DNA of 63,959 nt, filler included, from Octopus bimaculoides (GCF_001194135.2; 7 parts of 7 records of this genome joined end to end with filler, not necessarily neighbours in it); one strand, 5' to 3'. Shown: positions 49,790-63,804, numbered from the whole stretch's first letter. Translations and numbers: made by a program. The notes: a model not told the origin generated them from the letters alone.

Positions 49790-50362
49790 CGTGCTGTCAG
49801 AATGGTTACCGCGTCGAACAATTTGCTTAGCGGTGTTTGTTCCGGCCCTTTACGTCCTGAGTTCAAATCTCGATGGTGACACCTTTGCCATTCATCTTTT
49901 TCGGGTCGATAAAATAAAATACCAGTCAAATACAGAAGTCGATATAATCGATCAATCCTCTCCTTAAAATCGCTGGTACTCCACCTTAATCAGGAACAGT
50001 TAAAAGCAGCGAGTTCTGGCAAAAACGTTACCGCGTTGGATAAAAAGTTTAGCAGCATTTCTCCCGGTTTTACGCTCTCAATCTATTAGCCCCTTCCCCT
50101 CAAAATTTCTGGCATTGTTCTTATAGTGGAAATGATTATTAAAGGAGGCGAGCCAGCAGAATTATTTGCACGACGGACAAAATGCTTAGCGGCATTTCTT
50201 CCGGTTTTCCATTCACAGTTCAAATGCCACCGAGGTCGACCTTGCCTTTGATTCTTTCGGGGTCGACAAGACAAATACTCGTCGAATATTGACGTAGATG
50301 TAATCGACAACTGCCTCTCCTCAAATTCCGGGCCTTCTGCCTATAATAGAAAGAATTATTAT
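49790..50362 (+). mobile_element. Three tandem diverged SINE-A copies
   Basis: B-box-like gagttcaaatc / cagttcaaatgcc and tails ending aatgattatt / aagaattatt; best copy 50142-50362. Confidence 0.65.
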
Positions 50363-51567
50363 AATTATTTTGACATTCATTTGACATTACGTGTTCAAAA
50401 TACATTTTCATAACGCTACGTGAATCTTATACATCTGAGAGCATTTGACTGTCAAAAAAATTAATTCTTCGTATTTTAACGACTCCGAGAAAATTGCATT
50501 GCATCATATTACACGGGTAATTTATCTCATATGATGATTCTGATTGTTCAATTGTTCACTGATATGTGATTTTAAAATCGTTTTCAAAGGAAGACAATTT
50601 AGTATTAAGCATAGATTCTATGGTGCCACACATAATCTGCAATCGCACAACTTATAAAGTTAACTAAACGGTAAAGAGTTAAATAAAGACTGAATTACGA
50701 AACGCCGTGCGTATGTAATATTTGTATCATAAATTAGATTAGTTTCAATAAAGTTTATCATGGCCGATCAACTTTAAGTAATTAATTAACGACCGAAGCA
50801 CATTAAATAAGAAGACATGCATAAATGATTTTGTGTATATAAATACTGTACTCTTCTGATGGTAGAGATGTACATCTATGTGTGTATATATTTATACGCA
50901 CACGCATATACACAAACACACACATACACAAACATTCACACTCATACACACACATATACGCGTACATGTATAAGTAATCATCTACAATAGATAGCGAACC
51001 ATCAAGTCGGTATGGAATCATCTCTGCATTCTCTTGACTTAGTAGAAATAGTAGCTAAATTTCCTTTAGATGATCCCCATCTGACTTTTAAAAAAGCATA
51101 GAAAACATTGGACAATGGTGTTTAGACACGCTGGACACGCTGTCTAAATAAAACGCTGGAACGTCTTTGGCACAAAGTCTACTCAGTTGTTGCTGACCTA
51201 AGGCATGACAACAACATGTAGATGTAGAAAACGATTTTCTATGAGGAATATTCAGTAACAGTAATTTAAAGTAAAGATAATTTGCCAACGTAATGTGGCA
51301 GTCCTGGATGTTGTTTAGCCTCAGGAAAACGTCGTTTCCAGATGGCTATACGACACAATATCTGTGTCCTTATATTTTTGAACATGGGAGCTCAGCACCC
51401 CCATCAAGCACAAAGCCACATCTATGGACCAGGGTTCTGCGTTATTGCTCTTTATCAGCAGAGAGTAGCTGCCTGGCTAGACAGCGCTTCTGAATTCCCG
51501 TTCGAAAATATATAATTTTCAAAGTGACACACTATCACTGATCTAATAAATAGAAATATTATCATAA

Positions 51568-51695
51568 AAGCGGCGAGCTGGCAGAAACGTTAGCCCGCCG
51601 GGAGAAATGCTTATCGGTAGTTCGTCTGCCGTTACGTTCTGAGTTCAAATTCCGCCGAGGTCGACTTTGCCTTTCATCCTTTCTGGGTCAAATAA
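51568..51695 (+). mobile_element. SINE-A 5' part, young-looking
   Basis: gcggcgagctggcagaaacgttagc..gttctgagttcaaattccgccgaggtcgactttgcctttcatcc. Confidence 0.9.
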
Positions 51696-51731
51696 CTGAG
51701 AGAATTAAAAGATTAAAGAATATATATTTCT

Positions 51732-51771
<40 letters not shown>

Positions 51772-52115
51772 ATCGGTGTGTGTTGTATAATGGCATATAA
51801 AATCAAAATATTTGTGTCCTGGTATAAAGGGAAATGGTAAGAGAAATATACAGTTTATAGAAAAGCGGTAAATAAACAAATAAATGATGTTAAGAACGAT
51901 CTAAATTGGTTGTAGAATATATTTCATGTGGCTTCGAAATAGCAACTTTCCACAGCGCTCTATCCACATGAAAAAATAATTCTATTTTATGGTGAATGAA
52001 TGTGATAGGTGCCACGCCGACTCCACGCCTTCTGGGTTGCTGGTTTGTCACGATATATCTGATGGCTACGCATATATTCTCTATATATGCAGATGTTTAT
52101 AAAAACGACTGTACA

Positions 52116-52150
<35 letters not shown>

Positions 52151-52268
52151 CCCTCTCTCTCTCTCTCATTCCCCCCTCTCTCTCTCTCTTTCTCTCTCTA
52201 TCTATCAGTCTATCTACATACCTATGTATATTTGTGTACTCATGCATCTCTCTCTCTGTCTGTCTCTG

Positions 52269-52300
<32 letters not shown>

Positions 52301-53112
52301 CACATATATATATATTTATACATACATACATAAACGCATATATATATATATATTTGTGGTTATATATACATTAATTTATGTTTATATATGTATATATATA
52401 TGTATACACACACATACACTGGCACACACGCACATATATAATATGACATAGATATATATGTATGGATATCTATCTGTCTATCTATCTATCTATCTATCCA
52501 TATATATATATATATATATATATANNNNNNNNNNNNNNNNNNNNNNNNNNNNNNNNNNNNNNNNNNNNNNNNNNNNNNNNNNNNNNNNNNNNNNNNNNNN
52601 NNNNNNNNNNNNNNNNNNNNNNNNNNNNNNNNNNNNNNNNNNNNNNNNNNNNNNNNNNNNNNNNNNNNNNNNNNNNNNNNNNNNNNNNNNNNNNNNNNNN
52701 NNNNNNNNNNNNNNNNNNNNNNNNNNNNNNNNNNNNNNNNNNNNNNNNNNNNNNNNNNNNNNNNNNNNNNNNNNNNNNNNNNNNNNNNNNNNNNNNNNNN
52801 NNNNNNNNNNNNNNNNNNNNNNNNNNNNNNNNNNNNNNNNNNNNNNNNNNNNNNNNNNNNNNNNNNNNNNNNNNNNNNNNNNNNNNNNNNNNNNNNNNNN
52901 NNNNNNNNNNNNNNNNNNNNNNNNNNNNNNNNNNNNNNNNNNNNNNNNNNNNNNNNNNNNNNNNNNNNNNNNNNNNNNNNNNNNNNNNNNNNNNNNNNNN
53001 NNNNNNNNNNNNNNNNNNNNNNNNNNNNNNNNNNNNNNNNNNNNNNNNNNNNNNNNNNNNNNNNNNNNNNNNNNNNNNNNNNNNNNNNNNNNNNNNNNNN
53101 NNNNNNNNNNNN

Positions 53113-53146
<34 letters not shown>

Positions 53147-53851
53147 TAGAGAGTAAAATAGTGGAATACTTATATCTTAAAAATCATAATAAAGATAGGT
53201 ATATAATTTGGTCAATATGGTATTGATAAACAAATAAAGTACAGCTATGATTATTAAAAAGTTTTAAAATGTTTAAAAGTTCTTACGATCGTTTCGTAAA
53301 TTTACGTCATCTTAAAATGAAATCTAATGTTGATAAGCATCGTTGGGAAGTATATTCACTCATCAGACAATGGAATCGAAAAAAAAATGAATTTCGGTGG
53401 AGGAAATCGAATGAAGAAAATGCTGTTAAATCGAACGGGGAAAATGTTGTTTAAAAAATTATTGGTATTTATATATCTGTGTTGGTATAAATTTGAGCTA
53501 AAACTCTAAAAAAGTAGAATAAATCCATTTATGGATTACAGACGGAAGAAGAAATGGATCATAGGAATTCTAATTCATACACCCATCACGGATTTTTACC
53601 AGGGATTACCGTAGCTGAGATTATTAGTATATTTTATTTTGATCGAGTTAGTTTGTGCTGTTCTGAGTTTCGCGCATGGGTGCACATGGTCCTTGGGCAA
53701 GTTATGATTGCCATAAATTAATATAAGGGCACCAACAGAGAAAACTCAGACTAGCAAGAAAAAAAAAAATTATGTTTGTGTGTGTACGTGTGTGTGCGTG
53801 TAAGTATACATGCACACACATACACACATATATATAGCTGGCGCTGCGTCA

Positions 53852-54160
53852 ATTATGACGACGAGGGTTCCAGTTAATCAGATCAACAAAACAGTCTGCT
53901 TGTGAAATCAACGTACAAGTGGCTGAGCACTCCACAGACATGCGTACCCTTAACGTAGTTCTTAGAGAGATTCAGCGTGACGTAGAGTGTGAAAGGCTGG
54001 CCCTTTGAAATGCAGGTGCTACTCATGTTCGTCAGCTGAGTGAACTGGGGCAACATAAAATGAAATGTGTTGCTCAAGGATACTCGTCGCGTCTTCGGGA
54101 ATTGAACTCACGACCTTACGACCTGGAGCCGAATACGCTAACGACTAAGCCACGAACATT

Positions 54161-54162
<2 letters not shown>
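53852..54162 (-). mobile_element. tRNA-head + CORE SINE with C-type tail
   Basis: gtggctgagcactccacagac tail; tgtgttgctcaagga CORE; ggaattgaactcacgacc head. Confidence 0.75.
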
Positions 54163-54200
<38 letters not shown>

Positions 54201-54658
54201 TGTATGTATGTGTGTGTGTGTATGTGTGTATGTATGTATGTATGTATGTATGTATGTACGTGTGTATGTATACATTTTTATGTACACATATATATGTATA
54301 TAGACGCGATGTACATATGTTTGTCTCAATGTGTCTTTATTAGCGTCTAAATAATTGTAACTATGATCATTACAGAAACTAACAGCGAGCATGTGCTCGG
54401 TAAATTGGTTTTGAAACATAACACAGATTGTATTTGCAGAAGGGTTAGCCAGACGGAACAATATCTGCTACACTGGGGAAGGTTAAATTTATTATATATT
54501 TTACGGTTCTTTATCTATCTTTCTTTTTCTTCGTGCCCCCGCGCACGCAGAAACAGACGGACAGACAGAAAGACAGTCAGACAGAAACACACACACATAC
54601 ACACACAAACCTAAAACACATATCTGTATATCTATCTAACTCTCTCTCTCTCTCCCTC

Positions 54659-54706
<48 letters not shown>

Positions 54707-54935
54707 NNNNNNNNNNNNNNNNNNNNNNNNNNNNNNNNNNNNNNNNNNNNNNNNNNNNNNNNNNNNNNNNNNNNNNNNNNNNNNNNNNNNNNNNNNNNNN
54801 NNNNNNNNNNNNNNNNNNNNNNNNNNNNNNNNNNNNNNNNNNNNNNNNNNNNNNNNNNNNNNNNNNNNNNNNNNNNNNNNNNNNNNNNNNNNNNNNNNNN
54901 NNNNNNNNNNNNNNNNNNNNNNNNNNNNNNNNNNN

Positions 54936-54967
<32 letters not shown>

Positions 54968-55093
54968 TATATAATTAATTAATTAATTAATTAATGAAGG
55001 ATAAAACCATTTAATGATTCTATCAAGTGGCCAGCATTTTAATTCCATTTAGGAAAATATTTATACTGATATATAATTATATCTCTCTTTCTC

Positions 55094-55222
55094 TCGTTTA
55101 CTTGTTTCAATCATTTGACTGCGGCCATGCTGGAGCACCGCCTTTAGTCGTGCAAATCGACCCCGGGACTTGTTCTTTGTAAGCCTAGTACTTATTCTAT
55201 CGGTCTCTTTTGCCGAACCGCT
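55094..55222 (-). mobile_element. SINE-B tail fragment
   Basis: tttacttgtttcaatcatttgactgcggccatgctggagcaccgcctttagtcg..tttgccgaaccgcta. Confidence 0.85.
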
Positions 55223-56599
55223 AGATATAATTACAGCAAAAGGTTCCATATAGGCACACCAACATGCTTGAAATAGACGCTAAAAGCTCTATAAACTAAA
55301 TATTATTTTCAATGGCGACTCGTGTGTAGGCACTGCAGAATTGCAGCAATCTCTTATTTCGACTCGATATTATCGATAACATTCGATATAATGAGTCCTT
55401 TTTTCTTTAATTCTTCCTTTATACTTGTACATTATATAAGCTTAATGTCAGTAGCCATCCCCTAGTTAATGACAAAAATATAAAAAGCCTTGTATAGAAC
55501 CGTGCGCTTCACAGTTTCAGCGACACGGTGTTTGGCTGTTGTGTGCATGCTCACATGTCTGAGATAGGAAGCTGCACGCTAGGTAGAGAGAGCACTGTGG
55601 TTCACGCAGTACCGACCATGGTGTGCTGGTGAAAGGTAGTGTTTCTTCTTGACTCCGCGTGCTTAAAAATGTGTTTATATTCTTGAATGTGATAAAGCGT
55701 AGAATTAAATAAACCGTTTTCCTATTTCGGTCTCTTCAGCTCCATTTACGTTTCTCCCTCTCTCTTATCTCTCTGCCTTTCCTGAGTATCTTGACATCCA
55801 CATGTCTCTCTACTCCTATCCCTGCATATCCGTCTTTACTTCTTCCTCCCTATCTTTGCAACATGGACCTTCAATGAAGCCAACTTCACCAAAGACAGCG
55901 TTACGTTTAAATAACACAGAAACTGACAGTTTGAAGAAACAAAGCCAAAGCTACCAAACACTCTAATTGCGGAGTGGGATCGTCACCAAACACTCTAATT
56001 GCAGAGACCACGAAGTAGCTTTGGTTTTCACCGAACCATGACTCAAACCAAAAGGGAAAAGGAACAAATTCATTCGCCCGTTTGCCTTGATTAAATCACC
56101 CATGAAGTTATTAGACAATATATTGAAAGTGGAGACTAAAACACAAAAAAGGTGAAAAAGAAACCAGTGACTCAATGGAATCTGAGGAAAGTTAAACTGA
56201 TGATGTGAAAGAGGAACACAACAAAACAAATATCGCGGTGAGACAACTGGTTCCTCTGGGTTCAACGAGGCCACAAACCTAGATCACAAAACACGACACC
56301 CCCACCTTGGAAAACAAATGGATGATGCACGCACTGCTCCTAAGAGGAGACAATGTATAGATTCAGTGTGGACAGTAGTTGCTGAATAGTGGTCTTTTTT
56401 AGAACCGGCACAAGGGATTATAAGGTGGCTGACCTGGCTTCGTCAGACATTGAGTCTGAGAAACATGTCCCAGTATTCAAGACCACCGCAAACAACGAAA
56501 GGACGACGGTGGGCACCTCTGAGACCTTTACAAATGTCAGACTAGTGATGCCCATATGTCGCACCAGTGTACTGAACGTCAGCACCAACGCAAAAACCC

Positions 56600-56920
56600 A
56601 TACCGGAAAGAATTACCGACATGGAGTCAAGCAATATGAATGACACTAACAGGAACACATCACAATGCTGATATATCGGATGCTGAGATATACCATACCA
56701 AAGTATGCGTTATTAAAAAAAAAAAAGAAAGAAGAGAAAGACCTCGTGGTGGTGTGACCATGTACATCCGGGACGATGTCATGCCTGTCGTCATACTATC
56801 ACACTCAAACTCAATTTGTGACATCTCGCTAGTACACATTAAAAAGACTAAAACGGTAGTATGTGCTGCATATCGCCCAACAAATGCCCCAAATCATTGG
56901 CTTTCATTCGAAGAGAGAAA
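56600..56920 (+). pseudogene. Decayed AP-endonuclease (APE) N-terminus of a CR1/Jockey-group LINE ORF2
   Basis: MTLTGTHHNADISDAEI..RPRGGVTMYIRD..CAAYRPTN corresponds to APE motifs TETxL, GGVxxYI and YRPP. Confidence 0.65.
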
Positions 56921-57231
56921 TACATTTCTACCAATCACACACACTGCTGCCAGGACAATATTAATATATCGCCGATAAATACTGTATTTTTAAATATAGC
57001 CCGTCTATAAGTGATATCACCTGAAGAATACAGTGGTAACTCAAATTTTCGTGATATCCACATATTAAGCATGATATGCAGATATCTGTTTTAAACTAAT
57101 ACTGATTCTGTTGCACATCATATAAATAATATATAAACATATGCATATATCCATACATATATGTACATACCTACATCTATATGTATACATATACCTTATA
57201 TATATATACACACATATACACAGATATATAC

Positions 57232-57275
<44 letters not shown>

Positions 57276-57329
57276 CTATATATGCATACACATATACACA
57301 CACATATATATATATACCCACACTCATGT

Positions 57330-57408
<79 letters not shown>

Positions 57409-57601
57409 CGCCCATAAACTACAGACCTCGTAGCAGTTGTAGCACTTACAAGAATTAGACTCCCAGTAAGGAGAATCACGCAATATTAATGTATGGCATA
57501 ATATTTACAACGCTTTAAACTAAGAAACCAAGAATTGTATGCATGCATACGTACGTACATACATACATACATACATACATATATACATATATATATATGT
57601 A

Positions 57602-57701
57602 NNNNNNNNNNNNNNNNNNNNNNNNNNNNNNNNNNNNNNNNNNNNTTAATTAATTAANNNNNNNNNNNNNNNNNNNNNNNNNNNNNNNNNNNNNNNNNNN
57701 N
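57602..57701. other. Artificial scaffold-join spacer
   Basis: N44-TTAATTAATTAA-N44. Confidence 0.95.
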
Positions 57702-58019
57702 ATTATTATTATTATTATTATTATTATTATCATTAGTATTATTATTATTATATACATATATATATATTTACGTATACATATACAAGTTTGGTGGTGAAAA
57801 CAGGAAAAATAGAACTGAAAAATATGAGTATGTGAATATTCCTATTAACATTTAGCAGGATCAATAGAGTCCCTCAAAGGCCAACAGTTTCGTACGTTGG
57901 CATTTATCAAACCAGTTACATATCAACGAGTTGTGAATTAACATAATCGATGATAATGGCATTATCATCGGTTATATAACTGTTCAGCGTGCAAAATGCA
58001 CACACACACATAAACACAA

Positions 58020-58059
<40 letters not shown>

Positions 58060-59521
58060 TATAAACAAGTAACAACAGAAGTACACGTGTCTACCCATTA
58101 CGGCCGTTTGAATTGGTTAATGAAAACATTGTAAAGAAACCGTTTTCTTCAGATGGGTTCATGAAGTTTAAAATATAGGATATTGCAAATGATGTAACCT
58201 ACTTTAAAATCTTTGGAGCAAAATCATTAACAGTGATTCTGGGAAGAAGGAATAATTGACTCCAGTGATCCACTTATCTTTATTTCTAACAAGAGAGGAG
58301 GGCGCGGCTACATTACACTAGGTTTATCTACTAAGTAGTTGTTTAATATCTGTTGGTCAGTGGTAAGAAAATTATTTATAGTCACCTACAAAGAAAGAAA
58401 GAAAGAAAGAAAGACAAACAGAAAGAAAGCTGACCAGCCGATACTAATTACAGTTAGTAATTACAGACCAGCTTTCTGGTCTAGTAAGAGAAATTAAAAA
58501 TCAAATATAGGTAAATAGTGAAAAAGGACTTAAAATTATTAGAAAAAGAGATGCTTTAAGAGTAATAACAAAATTTAAATTTTAAAGAAATATAGAGTAT
58601 ATAAATAATATTAGGGTAAAAATGGAGATATGTGAAATTTATAAAAGGGATACCAAGAAAATAAAAGTAAAATGATTTTTGAGCATACGCGACAATTACG
58701 AGAGGATAACGATAAGATATTAAATATTATGTTTTAAATATAACGTAAATGATTAAAAATTATTTAAATTATACAAAGAAATGTATTCAGATATGTAAAT
58801 TTAAAGACTTAAAATTGTAAAAAAATATATGAGGTGTATAAAAATATAAAGTATTCGGTTGTATTTAAATATAGAACGCAAAACAAACAGGAAAAAAACC
58901 TGCTAAGCATTTTGTCCAACGCGCTTAGAAATCTGTCAGCTAATAAAAAAAATAAATTACAATTCTGTCAGCAAATAATAAAATCTGCTACGTAGTTTTG
59001 GGTGTAGAATAAAATTATAAGATTCCATTTAGATGGGAATTGAACAGAAACCCAATGGCAATAGAGATTAAATATAATATATTTTAACAAACACAAAATG
59101 CAGAGAATAGTAGATATTTCGTCAACCTAACTATCTTACACGTAATATATACATCGACGTTAATTTGATTAACATATTATTTAAACTGTGAATGTAAATG
59201 GTCGTAGCTATCTGAATGCAAGGTATTCTTACACAAACGCATCCGCTTCAACCATTCAGGATGTTAGTCAGTAGCGCAACATTGCCCACGCAGTTTATAA
59301 TTTGTCTCTGGCTTGTAAACTATACTGCGCTTAATACGCACACAGTCAGAGAGTGAAAGGAAAATAATATATATATGATTTATATATATTATATATAAAT
59401 GCGCGCGCTCGTGTGCATTAAAGCTATTATTAATAATACCACTATATTTACTGATGGGGTGACTCAGTACAGAGAGTAGAGCCAAATTTATTAAGCCCTA
59501 TTTCAAATGAACTTCAGTTTA

Positions 59522-59564
<43 letters not shown>

Positions 59565-59664
59565 NNNNNNNNNNNNNNNNNNNNNNNNNNNNNNNNNNNN
59601 NNNNNNNNTTAATTAATTAANNNNNNNNNNNNNNNNNNNNNNNNNNNNNNNNNNNNNNNNNNNN
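59565..59664. other. Artificial scaffold-join spacer
   Basis: N44-TTAATTAATTAA-N44. Confidence 0.95.
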
Positions 59665-60460
59665 ATATATGTAGACTTATACGTGTATATATACGTATTT
59701 ATATATATATGTATTTATATATTTATATATGTATATATAGCGATATATATATGTGTGTGTGTATGTGTGTGTGTGTATGTGTGTGTGGTGTGTGTATGTG
59801 TTTGTGTGTACAGATATACATGTCTACATTACATATCGTTTTTCCAAGAAAAGTTGTCGTAAATATTAAATTAACATATTGGTTTGAACAGTTTTACACG
59901 ACACCACGCCACTTGCCAATTTAACAACAACGCGAACAACTGCAAGAACAACAACAACAGCAACAACAGCAACAACAACAACAACAACAATAACAGCAAC
60001 AATTATAACATTAATACGAATTGTTTCATAAACGAAAACAAATTTACATAAACGCTAGTGCAGTGGCGGATCGTTAATATATTTGACAAGATGCCGTTTC
60101 TTCTCGTGGGACTCTTAAAAGTATAAATTATTTTTTATCTTCTATAACAATATACCTGAATCTAATGATTTTTATCTCTCGTAGTTATCGCCAATGTTTA
60201 GCTATAAAAGAGGCGTATTATCGCTAAGAAAAAAGGGTTTGCCTTACACGATGGTTCCATAAATTGTCCCATTAGTGCTTTAGTTTAACAGCATTAAAAC
60301 TTTTATTTAGAATTCCTCAATAGAATGCTAATGGTGTGTTTATCAAATGCGTTTGTCAAAAACTGCAATCGTTACGTTATATTCTATTTTCATCCTTTTT
60401 TGTTTTGCCCAAGATTTGCACGTTTCTTTATGCCTTCTCCTCTTCCATTTTTGTTTTACG

Positions 60461-60507
<47 letters not shown>

Positions 60508-60866
60508 TTCACACATACGCATGTGTGTAGATATATATATGTATACATACATATAGGCATACTTATGTGCATGTAGGTATGTATTGTTTTTATTCTGTTC
60601 AATCGCCAACCCTTTTAAGCGATGCTTTCATCAACTGCCTAGTAATTCCTCGTTTTGTGTGTATGCGTTTTCCTTTAGTTTTCTTTTAGGTGAGTTATTT
60701 GTTGTCTCTTTTGTAGTGTAATAAAATAATATGAATAATGATCTAAAACATATATATATATATATATTCTGTATATTTTTGTGTGATCATTTTTTTGTTT
60801 GTTTGTTTGTGTGCATGTCAAAAAAACATAACGCATGAATTACATAACCAGAAAGAATACCCAATC

Positions 60867-61488
60867 AGAAGAAGAAGAAGAAGAAGAAGAAGAAGAAGAA
60901 GAAGAAGAAGAAGAAGAAGAAGAAGAAGAAGAAGAAGAAGAAGAAGAAGAAGNNNNNNNNNNNNNNNNNNNNNNNNNNNNNNNNNNNNNNNNNNNNNNNN
61001 NNNNNNNNNNNNNNNNNNNNNNNNNNNNNNNNNNNNNNNNNNNNNNNNNNNNNNNNNNNNNNNNNNNNNNNNNNNNNNNNNNNNNNNNNNNNNNNNNNNN
61101 NNNNNNNNNNNNNNNNNNNNNNNNNNNNNNNNNNNNNNNNNNNNNNNNNNNNNNNNNNNNNNNNNNNNNNNNNNNNNNNNNNNNNNNNNNNNNNNNNNNN
61201 NNNNNNNNNNNNNNNNNNNNNNNNNNNNNNNNNNNNNNNNAAGGAGAAGAAGAAGAAGAAGGAGAAGAAGGAGAAGAAGAAGAGGAAGAAGGAGGAGGAG
61301 GAGGAGGAGGAGGAGAAGAAGAAGAAGAAGAAGAAGAAGAAGAAGAAGGAGAAGAAGAAGGAGAAGGAGAAGGAGGAGAAGAAGAAGAAGAAGAAGAAGA
61401 AGGAGAAGAAGAAGAAGAAGAAGAAGAAGGAGGAGGAGGAGAAGAAGAAGAAGAAGAAGAAGAAGAAGAAGAAGAAGAAGAAGAAGAA
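60867..61488. repeat. (GAA)n/(GGA)n polypurine tract spanning a gap
   Basis: Direct reading; N gap at 60953-61240. Confidence 0.95.
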
Positions 61489-61519
61489 AAGTTATAATAA
61501 AAATAATAATAATAGCATG

Positions 61520-61962
61520 CACGATACAACATACACAAATGAAAGAGAAGATAAGAAAGGAATACTATAGACTAATACTGAAAACAGAGCTCAATGCGAA
61601 GAACAAAATGATGGGCATCAACATTCTAGTCAACCCAATTATAAGTTACACTTATAATATTTTTGACTGGGTTCTAAATGAATTAATCAAAATAGACAGG
61701 ACAACCTAGAAAAATAATGACAGGATTTAGGAAATGTGGTGATGGAGAAAAAAAAAATCATAATGTCTTTGACTGCCCAGTCCTGGCTAACAAGGAATAT
61801 ATTCACAGACACGACAGAGTTGGAACCTATATACATTGGCAGCTATGCCAACACTATGGAATAACAAGAGAACCAAATGGTACAGGCACACGCCAGAAAA
61901 GGTCACAGAAAATACGAAAGCAACCATACTCTGGGATAGGCCAATACACACAGATAAATAAA
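61520..61962 (+). mobile_element. R4/Dong-clade LINE fragment with an internal deletion (thumb fused to zinc knuckle and pre-RLE region)
   Basis: KEKIRKEYYRLILKTELNAKNK..INIL..YTYNIFDW..IDR, then RKIMTGFR|KCGDG..NH..DCPVLANKEYIHRHDRV..IHWQLC..WYRHTPEKVTEN..ILWDRPIHTDK. Confidence 0.85.
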
Positions 61963-61965
61963 TAA

Positions 61966-62214
61966 ATGTGCCCTTTTAAAGCCTAGCGAGACTCATAGGC
62001 CCGGTTTCCCGGTTTCAATGGCGTATGTGTTCCCCAGCTGGACGGGACGCCAGTCCATCGCAGCGTTACTCATTTTTGCCAGATGAGTGGACTGGAGCAA
62101 CGTGAAATGAAGTGTTTTGCTCAAGAACACAAGGCGTCGCCTGGTCCAGGAATCGAGACCACAATCTTACGATCATGAGGCTGGCACCCTAACCACTAAG
62201 CCACGCGCCTCCAC
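61966..62214 (-). mobile_element. tRNA-head + CORE SINE with D-type tail
   Basis: Minus strand: GTGGAGGCGCGTGGCTTAGTGGTTAGGGTG head, gtgttcttgagcaaaacac CORE, tail cgccattgaaaccgggaaaccgggcc. Confidence 0.88.
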
Positions 62215-62219
62215 TAAGA

Positions 62220-62281
62220 AATGTGTCCTTTTAAAGCCTAGCCAGGCTCATGGCCCCGATTTCCCGGTTTCAATGGCGTAT
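62220..62281 (-). mobile_element. Second D-type tail fragment
   Basis: aatgtgtccttttaaagcctagccaggctcatggccccgatttcccggtttcaatggcgta, similar to 61966-62027. Confidence 0.8.
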
Positions 62282-62342
62282 GATACACACAGACAGAGAA
62301 ATTAAAATAATATGTCGGATATAGTTGAGAGAGATCACCAAG

Positions 62343-62442
62343 NNNNNNNNNNNNNNNNNNNNNNNNNNNNNNNNNNNNNNNNNNNNTTAATTAATTAANN
62401 NNNNNNNNNNNNNNNNNNNNNNNNNNNNNNNNNNNNNNNNNN
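62343..62442. other. Artificial scaffold-join spacer
   Basis: N44-TTAATTAATTAA-N44. Confidence 0.95.
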
Positions 62443-62583
62443 TGCATAGACACACACATATACACAGACGCATACACACACACATATATATATATATATA
62501 CATAGATAAATGTATACATATATACATATATATATACATATGTATACATATATATATACATATATATACATATNNNNNNNNNN

Positions 62584-62614
<31 letters not shown>

Positions 62615-62735
62615 TATACATAAATATATATATATACATGTATGCATATATATATACATATATATATATATACATGCATGTGAATATACATATGGATATA
62701 TGCAATATAAGTAATACATATATATATATATATAT

Positions 62736-62804
<69 letters not shown>

Positions 62805-63471
62805 GGCAGACAGACAGACAGGCAGACAGACAGAGCGAAAGTGGAACAAAGAATGAAACGGAGAGAATAAAAAAAAAAGGACGAATCAGAAAAAAAAAAA
62901 AAAAAAAAAAAAATTAAATTTGCATTCGAATAGATTTCTTTTTTAAACGTTGATATGTTGTTCTTGTTGTTGCTATTGATGTTTCTTTGAGGGTTTTTTC
63001 CTCTTCATAAGATCTATTCAAATGGTGATATTAGGAATAAAACATATATAATGCAATACATGACAAGAACTACTCAACCTGTGTGGTCAAAAGACAAGAC
63101 AATGCTCTTTCTACGAATGACATTTATGTCTTATCAAACAAATCAGCCACTGGAGTTATGTCTGGTCGGGATCCATACATTATGAATGTCATTCATACTG
63201 TCTAAACGCCCTTTTTGTCGTCCTTTGTTTGAATTCGTCGTAACTCTCTGTCTGACACGCCATGTATAACTCTTTATAATTTTTCGTTGACAATATGTCA
63301 ATATATATTGTGTACAATACATACACATACACATGCACACAAACACACACACCAACATATATGCATACTTACTAATGTGTACTATATGCGTCTATAACTA
63401 TCTATCTATTCATTTGTGTGTGTAGGTGTGAGTGTGCGTAGGTGTGTGTGTGCGCGTAAGCGTGTATACAC

Positions 63472-63518
<47 letters not shown>

Positions 63519-63723
63519 TGAGAAAGTGTGATATGTGATATAAATGTATATGTATGTATTCATTTATATATACATACATACACACACACATATACATACA
63601 TACATACATACATACATACATACCCTGTTTATGATGTTGAAATTTCAATGAGGGAGGCTTGGGTCTAGGTTAGAAACCGGTTCTTTCTCTATTGGCAAGA
63701 AATCTTGAGATAAAACCGAATAA

Positions 63724-63804
63724 TGACATACATACATACGTACATACATACATACATACATACATACATACATACATGCATGCATGCATGCATACATACA
63801 TACA

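Noticed and set aside
54972-54994. TAATTAATTAATT run resembling the scaffold linker
   Set aside because: It is embedded in real sequence without N44 flanks; an ordinary (TAAT)n repeat.
60071-60083. CAGTGGCGGATC, resembling a MITE terminal repeat
   Set aside because: No matching inverted copy found in this scaffold piece.
63043-63210. Protein-like open frames in the last unique island
   Set aside because: Two overlapping short frames, no convincing splice sites or motif.
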